Origin: Candidatus Saganbacteria bacterium
GTDB lineage: Bacteria; Margulisbacteria; WOR-1; JAKLHX01
Assembly (NCBI GenBank): GCA_026387835.1
Contig: JAPLKZ010000006.1
Span: 29,104 to 61,103, forward strand
Length of the DNA stretch: 32,000 nt
Direction: 5' to 3'
Below are positions 7,935-16,653 of the stretch, piece by piece. The notes under the pieces are model-generated. The model did not search any database and had not been told where the DNA came from. It saw only the letters and a program-made list of their open reading frames with translations. Made by a program: the position numbers and the translations under genes. Position 1 is the first letter of the stretch. Each line of letters begins with the position of its first letter.

Positions 7935-9932
7935 TTATTTTCCGGTCCTGCCGGCAAGGTCGGTACCTGCAAGAGCAAGATTGTCTCTGATAGAAACGGT
8001 CAGGCTTCCGATCCTGTCCGCAAGTTCAGGGGAATTCTGCATCGCGGTTTTATTAAGGCCGGTAATAGCGGCCTGAGTATCCGAAAAGTCTTCCCCGATG
8101 GTCCCGGTCAATCCATCATCTGATATCGCGCTTGCTTTTATAGCTTTTTGCAGACATTCTATCGCGCCGTTCACCAGCCTGCGGCCGTCTTTTTGCCAGC
8201 GCACCCCGTTTTGCGGAAAGAACCTTCTTTGAGCGTCATTAAGCTGATCAATGATTTCACCTGCGTTTTGTAACGTAAACGCGGCTCCGGTTTTTGCAAC
8301 CGCGGATCTTATCAGTTGCGTGATCCAGCTTTCATTTTTTACATATTCTCTTGCCAATAATACGTTCAGGAAACCTTTTGCAGAATTTATACAATATGAG
8401 ATATAATCTTCTCTGCCTTTTGATGCGGATCTTCTTGAAGTTGAAAGCATCTCCGCGATCACCGTCTGTTTGTCGAGAAGTCTCCGCCATTCAAACAGCA
8501 GAGCCCTGTCCCTTTGTTCAAGAACAGAGGCGATCGAGGCATCGATCTCCGCCAGCATTTTTGTATTTGCGTCTATCCTTTGCCTGGCCCGGTTGTATCC
8601 ATAGTATGTAGTCTTAGGTAAGCTGCGCACAGCCCTGTCCAGGATATTGCGCGATCCCCTGTAATTTCTTTCCGCAGGATCAGCGGGCGAGAGCATCTCT
8701 AGAGCTCTTTGTACTGTATCGGAAAGATAATCATGTCTTTGTCTGTCCCTTTCCCTGAACCAGAACAGGGAGGCATATTTTCTTTGAAGGTGGCGGACAA
8801 TGTCCGATGTTTCGCGCCTTCTGCTGGCCAGGTGCGCTTTTGCCGTATCCAGATTATCGATAGCGGTCTTTTGCGGGACAAGATATACCCGGTCCGGCGG
8901 AACGTAGCAATTGAGCGCTCTTAAAGCGGCTTCGGCCCTGAACGCCGCCCTGATCTTGTAATGGGCCTGAATACGCCCTCTTCCGATATCACCCAGGATA
9001 TCGTACATCCTGTCCAAAAGGGGACCAACCTGCTCCCATTGAAGGCATGTTTTGTCTCTCACGGCCTCATCTATGACAGAGATCATTTCTGTCATCTGCC
9101 GCGTGTACCCGTCAGCCACGTCCTTTCGGTCCGTGTCTTCACTGTCGATCGCATGGACCAGGGAACGCATGGCGGTATCAACAGAAGCGTGCTTTGTGTC
9201 TTTTCCGCGGAATAATTTTGTAACGGAACCGTCATAAGGACTTATTCCGATCCCGAGGTCATGAGGCTGCAGGGTGATCTGCTCTGCCCCGTAAGAAGTT
9301 CGTCCCCGTACCGCAGTAAAGCCTCTTAATCTATAATCAGTAGCGATATGCAGCATAAATGTATCCACCTCGGCGTCAAGACAGGGTAATAACTGTCCTA
9401 TTTTCCCCGCATCCTGCCTTGTCGGCCTGGACGGCAGTGAAGCTTGGATCTTTTCTATGATATCTCCGGAAAGAAATCCGCATATTGGTCTGTCCAAAAG
9501 AGCGTTCATATAATTCCTTGCCTGTTCAAATTTTCCGGAGAGTTCTTCATCGATCAGGCGGATGAGCGTATCTTCGGCGAACTCGCGCGTTTCTGCCAGG
9601 AGCGGAAGAAAGGCTTTGCGCTGCCTCCGGGCGGCTTCCACTTCTTCCTGCATGTCTTCCAATTCATCGAAAAAGCTGTCCGACACCGGGATAAATTCCA
9701 GGACCTCCCTCCTGATGCCGTCCGCGAAGCCGGAGCTGAAAGCGAAAGAGCAGTTCCTGCAAAGGTTCTGTCTTTTCATCGCGAGAACATCTATCAGCGC
9801 GGCTGATTGTTCCAGCCTGTCGATCGAATCGTTCAAGAAAGACGCGACTTCGCGGTTTGTCGCGCGGAAAGCCCCGTGCCGCGGCAAGGCCCGCGCCGGC
9901 AAAACACAGGAGCGTGTTGCTGAAATGCTCAT
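7935..9932 (-). CDS. Large uncharacterised protein (665 aa), predicted helix-rich
   Basis: Long single open frame; N-terminal CRNC pair; charged helical-looking segments. No family recognised. Confidence 0.7.
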   Translation of the reverse strand: MSISATRSCVLPARALPRHGAFRATNREVASFLNDSIDRLEQSAALIDVLAMKRQNLCRNCSFAFSSGFADGIRREVLEFIPVSDSFFDELEDMQEEVEAARRQRKAFLPLLAETREFAEDTLIRLIDEELSGKFEQARNYMNALLDRPICGFLSGDIIEKIQASLPSRPTRQDAGKIGQLLPCLDAEVDTFMLHIATDYRLRGFTAVRGRTSYGAEQITLQPHDLGIGISPYDGSVTKLFRGKDTKHASVDTAMRSLVHAIDSEDTDRKDVADGYTRQMTEMISVIDEAVRDKTCLQWEQVGPLLDRMYDILGDIGRGRIQAHYKIRAAFRAEAALRALNCYVPPDRVYLVPQKTAIDNLDTAKAHLASRRRETSDIVRHLQRKYASLFWFRERDRQRHDYLSDTVQRALEMLSPADPAERNYRGSRNILDRAVRSLPKTTYYGYNRARQRIDANTKMLAEIDASIASVLEQRDRALLFEWRRLLDKQTVIAEMLSTSRRSASKGREDYISYCINSAKGFLNVLLAREYVKNESWITQLIRSAVAKTGAAFTLQNAGEIIDQLNDAQRRFFPQNGVRWQKDGRRLVNGAIECLQKAIKASAISDDGLTGTIGEDFSDTQAAITGLNKTAMQNSPELADRIGSLTVSIRDNLALAGTDLAGRTGK

Positions 9933-9986
9933 ATTTATATATCGACGGTTATATGAGAAATTTCAGATATACTTCGGATTTTTTCT

Positions 9987-11480
9987 TCAACTTAGTATTT
10001 TCTTCAATATCGCGTCGGCCGCTCTTATCTTTGTAGGGAAAATTGTTCTTGCAAGTTCTTCGGTGAGGCTCCCTTGAGCCCTTCTAACCGCGCCAAGGAC
10101 AGCAGTTTTTACACATTCCGGACCTGAATAGTCCTTGAATAAATCCCACTCTTTCACTATCCTTATTAAAGATAGTGTCTCTTCTGTACTGAGGCCGCTT
10201 TTACGCTGCAGCAATCCCAATGTTTTTTTTGCAAAAGGGTGATAGTCACAGTGAGGACATCTTTTGCCTTTCAGCTCAGCGTAAGTACCCCCCTCGCTTA
10301 AGGGCATTTCAAACGGATTGATCTTGTCTTTTTCCAGCAGGGCCGTTAATAATCCGGGATACTGCGCTGCTTTTTTTATCATAGCGGCCCTGACCTCACG
10401 GATCGATCTGCTAAAAAAACAGCAGAAATTATCAAAATATTGCGAAATATCCTCAGGGGTCATCCTGTTGAAAATTCTCTTGACAGCATATTCAGAAAGC
10501 GGGAACCTTTTGGAACATACCCGGTTTTCGATCACCGGCGAATCAAGCACGAAATCTCTCAGCGTTTGATGATCAGTTCCAGGATGTCTGATAATACTTT
10601 CAAGGACTTTTGATCCGTTGTCATTTCCGAAACTAAAAAATGAGTGATCCCTTATCCTTCCCCGAAAAACCTCGTACAACCAATGGAGTTCCTGACTTGT
10701 CAGACAGTCTTTCAGCTTTTCGTAGGCAGGAAGGCAGGATCTTACTGAATTTGCGAATATCATAATCACGGACCGCCTGGGCAGATCCTCAAGGCCCAAA
10801 AGCGCGCCGGAGAACGGATCAATGCCGGCATGGGAAAAGTCTTCTTCCCTGACAAAACCGCACTTTAGACAATGGCGATAGTAATACATGACGGAAAGCG
10901 TATTGAGCCCGAACTTTGTCGCGGCTTTTGCGGTCTCATTTTCAAGGCCGGCCCCGGAGGTCAATGCCCCCTCTATTTTATCCCTGCACGCTCTAACTTT
11001 TCTAAGCTGTGCGGACGGATCGGTGATCGTAAAAGGTATTTGGTCTTCGACGAAGCTTGCGTCTTCAGAAGATAATTGCCGTTTGGCATCTGCCGGTCTG
11101 CTTTTAAGTATAAATCCCAACGTGTCCGACACTTCTGCGGCAGTTGACCGCCCAAACATGACGCTGACTACGCCCGATGATAAGAGGCCGGTCCTTATTG
11201 CTTTAAATTTATTTGGCACTATTCTACTGCCCGAATTTCCTGCAGCAACAAAGCAGAATTCGCTGCGAGCATCAAGATTCGAGACAAACATGCTCGGCAG
11301 CGGCTTTAAAGTGGCAAATCCCGCGGTAACATCCGGCATTATTGACGCGCGCGCTATCGTTCTGGATACCGCCGAGATCTCGGACTGCGAAGGACGGTCC
11401 CTTCTGCTGTTGCGTCCCGTGAGCGCGCTTTTGCGCAATTGCATTTCAAACGGTGCCGCATATTTTATCTGGACTATCAC
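9987..11480 (-). CDS. Large uncharacterised protein (497 aa) with two CxxC motifs
   Basis: Long open frame; HCLKCGF and KRCPHCDYH motifs could be a metal-binding site. No family recognised; true start may be further in. Confidence 0.65.
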   Translation of the reverse strand: MIVQIKYAAPFEMQLRKSALTGRNSRRDRPSQSEISAVSRTIARASIMPDVTAGFATLKPLPSMFVSNLDARSEFCFVAAGNSGSRIVPNKFKAIRTGLLSSGVVSVMFGRSTAAEVSDTLGFILKSRPADAKRQLSSEDASFVEDQIPFTITDPSAQLRKVRACRDKIEGALTSGAGLENETAKAATKFGLNTLSVMYYYRHCLKCGFVREEDFSHAGIDPFSGALLGLEDLPRRSVIMIFANSVRSCLPAYEKLKDCLTSQELHWLYEVFRGRIRDHSFFSFGNDNGSKVLESIIRHPGTDHQTLRDFVLDSPVIENRVCSKRFPLSEYAVKRIFNRMTPEDISQYFDNFCCFFSRSIREVRAAMIKKAAQYPGLLTALLEKDKINPFEMPLSEGGTYAELKGKRCPHCDYHPFAKKTLGLLQRKSGLSTEETLSLIRIVKEWDLFKDYSGPECVKTAVLGAVRRAQGSLTEELARTIFPTKIRAADAILKKILS

Positions 11481-11550
11481 GAAGTGTTATCGAACAGAAA
11501 AAGACGGAATTTCAGCACTTCTTACTATTTATTTTGCGCAGCAAATCAAC

Positions 11551-11632
11551 TGCCGTCGGGGAGAGTCGAACTCCCAAGGGTTGCCCCACACGATCCTGAG
11601 TCGTGCGCGTATGCCAATTCCGCCACGACGGC
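11551..11632 (-). tRNA. tRNA-Leu (anticodon CAG)
   Basis: Acceptor GCCGTCG/CGACGGC; anticodon arm CACGA-CTCAGGA-TCGTG; long variable arm; T arm GGGAG-TTCGACT-CTCCC. CCA not encoded. Confidence 0.93.
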
Positions 11633-11638
11633 TAATTA

Positions 11639-11722
11639 TGCCGGAGGGGAGAATCGAACTCCCACGCCCTTGCGGACTCGCGATTTTGAGTCGCGCGCGT
11701 CTGCCAGTTCCGCCACTCCGGC
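11639..11722 (-). tRNA. tRNA-Leu (anticodon CAA)
   Basis: Acceptor GCCGGAG/CTCCGGC; anticodon arm CGCGA-CTCAAAA-TCGCG; long variable arm; T arm GGGAG-TTCGATT-CTCCC. CCA not encoded. Confidence 0.93.
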
Positions 11723-11749
11723 GTGAAGCTCATCCCTTCTCATAGTTCT

Positions 11750-12712
11750 CTATTCAAGGAACTCGCCCATTTGCCTGAATTTTTGATACCTGTCATTAAG
11801 TATATCAGCAGGAGACAGCTTCAGCAGTTCCGCAAGATGCTTCCGAAGAGAAGCTTTAATATTGTCAGCGGCAGCCTGATAATCGTTATGGGCTCCTCCG
11901 AGCGGTTCCTTTATGATCTCATCAATAACGCCCAATTTGTAAAGGTCTTTAGACGTGATCTTCATATTGTCCGCGGCTTCAGCGGACCTTTTCGAGTCCC
12001 TGAAAAGTATCGACGCGCAGCCTTCCGGGGAAATGACGGAATAAATGGAGTACTCGAGCATGAGGACTTTATTGCCGATGCCGATCCCGAGCGCGCCTCC
12101 GCTGCCTCCTTCACCGGTGATGACGACTATTATCGGGACCTTTAACCGGATCATCTCCCTCAGGTTCTTTGCAATAGCTTCGGCCTGGCCTCTTTCCTCG
12201 GCATCTATTCCCGGATAAGCACCCGGAGTGTCCACGAAAGTGATTATGGGCCTGTTGAACCTGTCAGCCAGTCTCATAAGACGGAGCGCTTTCCTGTAGC
12301 CCTCCGGGTGAGCCATGCCAAAACATCTCGCGATATTATCTTTTGTGGATTTACCCTTCTGGTGCCCGATGGCCATGACAAGATCCCCGTTGAATTTCGC
12401 GAACCCTCCGATGATGGCTTTATCATCGGCAAAGTTCCTGTCGCCGTGAAGCTCCGTGAAATCATCGAAGATAAGCCCCAGATAATCCTGCGTGGTAGGC
12501 CGCTGGAGGTGCCTAGCGACAGCGACTATCTGGTTGGGAGTAAGACTGGAAAATATATCGCGGCGGAGGTTGTTGATCCTCTCTTCCATGACGCGGGTCT
12601 CTTTGCTCATATCTATATCGCCGCCCTTCGCGAGCTTTTTAAGCTCCTCGATCTTTTTATAAAGGTCGGCGACCGGTTTTTCGAACGGCAGCAGATGTTT
12701 TGTTTCCAGCAT
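11750..12712 (-). CDS. accA: Acetyl-CoA carboxylase carboxyltransferase subunit alpha
   Basis: 320 aa; TPNQIVAVARHLQRPTTQDYLGLIFDDFTELHGDR, GHQKGKSTKDNIARCFGMAHPEGYRKALRLM, TPGAYPGIDAEERGQAEAIAKNL, GEGGSGGALGIGIGN. Confidence 0.99.
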   Translation of the reverse strand: MLETKHLLPFEKPVADLYKKIEELKKLAKGGDIDMSKETRVMEERINNLRRDIFSSLTPNQIVAVARHLQRPTTQDYLGLIFDDFTELHGDRNFADDKAIIGGFAKFNGDLVMAIGHQKGKSTKDNIARCFGMAHPEGYRKALRLMRLADRFNRPIITFVDTPGAYPGIDAEERGQAEAIAKNLREMIRLKVPIIVVITGEGGSGGALGIGIGNKVLMLEYSIYSVISPEGCASILFRDSKRSAEAADNMKITSKDLYKLGVIDEIIKEPLGGAHNDYQAAADNIKASLRKHLAELLKLSPADILNDRYQKFRQMGEFLE

Positions 12713-12721
12713 TATCTATCC

Positions 12722-13579
12722 TTAGAACCCGAACCAGGCCAGGCATTTTACGACAGTATCTTTCAGGTCTTTCCTCTCGACGACCATGTCGACCATCCCG
12801 TGGTCAAGAAGGTATTCCGCCCGCTGAAATCCGGGCGGAAGCTTTTGTCTGATCGTCTGCTCGATCACCCTTTGTCCGGCAAAACCGATCAGGGCGTTCG
12901 GCTCCGCGATATTGATATCTCCGAGCATCGCGTAGCTTGCCGAGACACCCCCGGTGGTCGGATCCGCCAGTATACTGATGTAGGGAAGGCCCGCTTCCCT
13001 CAATTTTGCCAGCGCGCCCGAAGTCTTTGCCATCTGCATCAGGGACATTATGCCTTCCTGCATCCTTGCGCCTCCGGAGGTGGAGACGATGATCACCGGC
13101 AAATTCAGCCCAACGGCCCTCTCGACAGCCCTTGTTATCTTTTCGCCGACAACGGACCCCATACTTCCCCCCATGAACGAAAAGTCCATAATGCCTGCCA
13201 CGACATGTTTTCCCTTCATCGTGCCTTCGCCGGTCACAACGGCCTCGTTAAGAGATGTTTTTTTCTCGTAATCTTTTATCCTCTGTCCGTACGGGATCGT
13301 ATCGACAAAATGAAGGAAATCCGTCGAGTGCATTCCAATGTCATAAGGGGAAAAGCTGGCCTCGTCCATCAGCATCGAGATGCGTTCCTTTGAGGAAAGC
13401 TTGAAATGGTACCCGCATTTAGGGCAGACTTTCAGGCTGCTCTCGAGGTCCTTATTGTACAGGGTCTCGCCGCATTTGAAGCATTTGACCCACAGATTGC
13501 CGGGAATATCCTGCTTCTCGGCCTTGTATTCCAGGGCCTTTTCCTGCTTTTTCTTTTGTATCCAATCACCGATCGCCAT
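12722..13579 (-). CDS. accD: Acetyl-CoA carboxylase carboxyltransferase subunit beta
   Basis: 285 aa; zinc-finger CFKCGETLYNKDLESSLKVCPKCGYHFKL; MDFSFMGGSMGSVVGEKI; SGGARMQEGIMSLMQMAKT; GFAGQRVIEQTIRQKLPPGFQRAEYLLDHGMVD. Confidence 0.99.
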   Translation of the reverse strand: MAIGDWIQKKKQEKALEYKAEKQDIPGNLWVKCFKCGETLYNKDLESSLKVCPKCGYHFKLSSKERISMLMDEASFSPYDIGMHSTDFLHFVDTIPYGQRIKDYEKKTSLNEAVVTGEGTMKGKHVVAGIMDFSFMGGSMGSVVGEKITRAVERAVGLNLPVIIVSTSGGARMQEGIMSLMQMAKTSGALAKLREAGLPYISILADPTTGGVSASYAMLGDINIAEPNALIGFAGQRVIEQTIRQKLPPGFQRAEYLLDHGMVDMVVERKDLKDTVVKCLAWFGF

Positions 13580-13600
13580 ATTGCACGCACCTTTTAATGT

Positions 13601-13615
13601 ATGTTATTATAACAT
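13601..13615. promoter_or_regulatory. Palindromic -10 region in the accD/rpsT divergent intergenic region
   Basis: ATGTTAT-T-ATAACAT; minus strand reads TGTTATAAT (extended -10), plus strand offers an overlapping TATAAC. Confidence 0.5.
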
Positions 13616-13636
13616 GTAGGAAAGAGGCAGGAAAAA

Positions 13637-13903
13637 TTGGCCAACATAAAGTCCGCTATAAAGAGGATAAAGATCTCCAGGCGCAATGAGGCAAAGAACA
13701 AGACCGTAAAATCAGCCTTGAGGTCCGCCGTTAGAAAAGCAAAATCGCTGATCGGCCTGAAAAAAGACGAAGCGCAGAAAGCTGTGCTTGAAGCGATAAA
13801 AAAGATAGATAAATCAGTTTCCAAAGGTGTCGTGCACAAAAAGACGGCATCGCGCAAAAAGTCGAGACTGATGAAATTATTCAACAAAAGCAAGGCGGTC
13901 TGA
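13637..13903 (+). CDS. rpsT: 30S ribosomal protein S20
   Basis: 88 aa MANIKSAIKRIKISRRNEAKNKTVKSALRSAVRKAKSLI...KGVVHKKTASRKKSRLMKLFNK; TTG start codon. Confidence 0.97.
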   Translation: MANIKSAIKRIKISRRNEAKNKTVKSALRSAVRKAKSLIGLKKDEAQKAVLEAIKKIDKSVSKGVVHKKTASRKKSRLMKLFNKSKAV

Positions 13904-14529
13904 TGTTCTTCAACTTCCTCCCGAGAGAAGAAAAATACTTCGAGATGTTCGAGCGCGCGTCCGAGAACGTGATCGTGACAGCCGCTCAATTCCGGGACCT
14001 GCTCAAGAACTACACTGATGTCGAGAAAAAAGTAAGGGATATCGAAGAACTCGAGCATGAAGGCGATATCATCACGCACGAGATATTTGACAAGCTCAAC
14101 AGGACTTTTATCACTCCGATAGACAGGGAGGACATCCATTCTCTTGCGAGCGAACTGGACGATGTGCTGGACTTTGTAAAAGCATCTTCCGACAGGCTGC
14201 TCCTGTATAATATCAAAAAGCCGACCGACGAATCGATCGATCAGGCGGAAACGCTGGTGAAGATATCGATAGAGACGTCAAAAGCCATAAAAAGCCTCCG
14301 GGATATGAAGCATTCGCACAGGATACATGAATACTGCATAGAGATAAACAGCCTTGAGAACGTGGGCGACAATATTTTGAAGAACGCGATAGCAAAATTG
14401 TTCAACGACAACTTGAACCCTCTTGACGTGATCAAGTGGAAAGAGATCTATGAAAATATCGAAAGCGCCATAGATATGTGCGAAAGCGTTGCCAACACCA
14501 TAGGCGCGATACTCGCGAAAAATGCTTAG
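13903..14529 (+). CDS. DUF47/PhoU-like phosphate transport regulator
   Basis: 208 aa; FFNFLPREEKYFEMFERASENV, DIEELEHEGDIITHEIFDKLNRTFITPIDREDIHSLASELDDVLDFV; directly upstream of a PiT transporter. Confidence 0.93.
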   Translation: MFFNFLPREEKYFEMFERASENVIVTAAQFRDLLKNYTDVEKKVRDIEELEHEGDIITHEIFDKLNRTFITPIDREDIHSLASELDDVLDFVKASSDRLLLYNIKKPTDESIDQAETLVKISIETSKAIKSLRDMKHSHRIHEYCIEINSLENVGDNILKNAIAKLFNDNLNPLDVIKWKEIYENIESAIDMCESVANTIGAILAKNA

Positions 14530-15520
14530 TTTCACTTTTATCGCTGTCTGCGCGATAATATTCCTCGCTCTTATATTTGATTTTATCAACGGATTCCATG
14601 ATGCCGCGAATTCGATCGCAACCGTAGTTTCGACAAGGGTTTTATCGCCAAAAATAGCGGTGATCTGGGCGGCATTTTTTAATTTTTTGGCGGCTTTTAT
14701 TTTCGGGCTTGCGGTTGCAACGACGATCGGAAAAGGGGTCATCGATCCAAGCTCCGTAACCATAAAGGTCATCGCGGCGGGACTTGTGGGCGCGGTAATA
14801 TGGGACCTGATAACATGGTATTTCGGGCTTCCCACAAGTTCTTCACACGCTTTGATAGGCGGGTTCGCGGGAGCCGCGGTAATAAGGAGCGGCTGGTCAG
14901 TAATAATCGTCCCGGGCCTTTTAAAGATAATCCTTTTTATATTTATTGCACCGTTATTAGGTTTTATACTCGGGTATCTGTTCATGCTCGCGGTCTACTG
15001 GCTTTTCAGGAACGCTTCCCCCCAAAGACTTGATTCCGGTTTCCGCAGGATGCAGCTTATCTCGGCAGCCGCATACAGCCTGGGCCACGGCGGAAATGAC
15101 GCGCAGAAAACAATGGGCATAATCGCGGTATTATTATTTACGACGGGTTATCTGGGGCATTCTTTTTATATCCCGATATGGGTCGTATTTGCCTGCTATA
15201 TATCTATCGCACTCGGCACGTTTTTTGGCGGATGGCGTATCGTTAAGACGATGGGGACAAAAATAACAAAACTAAGGCCGGTCGGAGGTTTTTGCGCGGA
15301 AACAGCCGGAGCTATAACATTATTTGTTTCCACTCATTTTGGTATCCCGGTCAGCACGACGCACACGATAACGGGTTCCATAATGGGTGTCGGATCCACA
15401 AAAGGCATCAATTCCGTAAAATGGGGAGTGGCAGGCAGCATCTTATGGGCATGGCTGCTCACGATACCGGCTTCGGCGATAATAGCGATGGGAGCGTATT
15501 TGGCATTAAGGCTGATCTGA
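14522..15520 (+). CDS. pit: PiT-family inorganic phosphate transporter
   Basis: 332 aa membrane protein; FDFINGFHDAANSIATVVSTRVLSP, GLPTSSSHALIGGFAGAA, SLGHGGNDAQKTMGII, VPVSTTHTITGSIMGVG. Confidence 0.97.
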   Translation: MLSFTFIAVCAIIFLALIFDFINGFHDAANSIATVVSTRVLSPKIAVIWAAFFNFLAAFIFGLAVATTIGKGVIDPSSVTIKVIAAGLVGAVIWDLITWYFGLPTSSSHALIGGFAGAAVIRSGWSVIIVPGLLKIILFIFIAPLLGFILGYLFMLAVYWLFRNASPQRLDSGFRRMQLISAAAYSLGHGGNDAQKTMGIIAVLLFTTGYLGHSFYIPIWVVFACYISIALGTFFGGWRIVKTMGTKITKLRPVGGFCAETAGAITLFVSTHFGIPVSTTHTITGSIMGVGSTKGINSVKWGVAGSILWAWLLTIPASAIIAMGAYLALRLI

Positions 15521-15536
15521 CGAACAATCAAATTAC

Positions 15537-16346
15537 ATGTCTTCAATTATTTTAAAATCATACGCAAAAATAAATCTTTCCCTAAAGGTCCTCGGACTTC
15601 GTCCGGATGGTTTCCACGAAATTGAAAGCGTAATGCAGAACGTGAGCCTGTTTGATGAAGTTTCGATCGAAGACACAGAAAAAGACATACATATTTCCTG
15701 TTCAGACCCGTCTACCCCTATAAATGAAAAGAACATCTGCTATAAAGCCGCTTTGTCTGTCATCAAATCAAAAAAGATCAATAAAGGATTAAAGATACAT
15801 ATAAAAAAGAATATCCCGTCGGGTGCAGGCCTTGGCGGAGGAAGCTCCGATGCCGCAGCCGTGATAATTGGACTCAATAAGATGTGGGATTTGAAGATGA
15901 CGGAAAAGGAAATGGTAAATATTGCTGCAGAATCGGGATCCGATGTGCCGTTCTTTATTGTCGGGGGAAAAGCTCTTGTAAAGGGGAGAGGGGAGATCAT
16001 TGAGAAGATACCGGACCCTAAAGTTCAATATTATGTAATAATCAAACCCGATGTTTCCATCCCGACAAAATGGGCGTATGAGGAATGGGATAAACAAAAT
16101 TCAAAATCTCAAAATGATCTTGAGACTGTGGTAATTTCAAAATATCCCATCATAGAAAAGATCAAAACAGACTTGATCAAAGCAGGTTGTTCGTATTCCC
16201 AAATGACCGGAAGCGGGTCGGCGGTGTTCGGGACTGTAGAGGATGAGAAGAGCGGTAAAAATATTCTAAAAACGATTGATAGTAAATACCCAAAATCTTG
16301 CTTGGTTCACACTGTTAACAGCGGAGTCCAATTCCTCGAGCCTTGA
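15537..16346 (+). CDS. ispE: 4-diphosphocytidyl-2-C-methyl-D-erythritol kinase
   Basis: 269 aa; KSYAKINLSLKVLGLRPDGFHEIESVMQ, IPSGAGLGGGSSDAAAVI, GSDVPFFIVGGKALVKGRGE, MTGSGSAVFG. Confidence 0.97.
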   Translation: MSSIILKSYAKINLSLKVLGLRPDGFHEIESVMQNVSLFDEVSIEDTEKDIHISCSDPSTPINEKNICYKAALSVIKSKKINKGLKIHIKKNIPSGAGLGGGSSDAAAVIIGLNKMWDLKMTEKEMVNIAAESGSDVPFFIVGGKALVKGRGEIIEKIPDPKVQYYVIIKPDVSIPTKWAYEEWDKQNSKSQNDLETVVISKYPIIEKIKTDLIKAGCSYSQMTGSGSAVFGTVEDEKSGKNILKTIDSKYPKSCLVHTVNSGVQFLEP

Positions 16347-16444
16347 TCAGCCTATCCCTCTCCATTTTATGATATAAAGCCAAAAATATATTTAGTGAAA
16401 TTTCGCAAAAAAACCAACGATTATATATTAGGAAGAGAATTACT

Positions 16445-16615
16445 ATGCCACAGATAAGCCAGGCCGGCAGGACCATGCTGAAAGCATGGGTGATGCACCA
16501 GCGGACAATGAAGGGCCTCACACCAGGCGCAAGGCAGTACCGGGTACTGATTGATGCTGACATGGAAAGCGTTTTTTTGCACGCTCCCGAAGCGAAACTT
16601 GCAGAGAAATATTAG
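16445..16615 (+). CDS. Small ORF (56 aa), function unknown
   Basis: Read by hand (below the ORF track cutoff): MPQISQAGRTMLKAWVMHQRTMKGLTPGARQYRVLIDADMESVFLHAPEAKLAEKY*; purine-rich SD-like AGGAAGAG 8-9 nt upstream of ATG. Confidence 0.5.
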   Translation: MPQISQAGRTMLKAWVMHQRTMKGLTPGARQYRVLIDADMESVFLHAPEAKLAEKY

Positions 16616-16653
16616 CATCGCCGTCAGGGCTTAGGAATGCAAATCCCGACGCG

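Noticed and set aside
9933-9986. Possible promoter between the 497-aa and 665-aa ORFs
   Set aside because: AT-rich with TATATC-like words but no convincing -35/-10 spacing; more economical as one operon.
10888-11745. 285-aa plus-strand ORF in the ORF track
   Set aside because: Antisense to the 497-aa ORF and to two tRNA-Leu genes; its C-terminal text (SRARLPVPPLRREA, GESNSQGLPHTILSRARMPIPPR) is the familiar artefact of translating tRNAs backwards.
12308-13393. 361-aa plus-strand ORF antisense to accA/accD
   Set aside because: Long antisense frames are expected opposite GC-biased conserved genes; accA and accD protein motifs are unambiguous.
14278-14985. 235-aa minus-strand ORF
   Set aside because: Antisense to the well-supported DUF47 and PiT genes, with no independent support.
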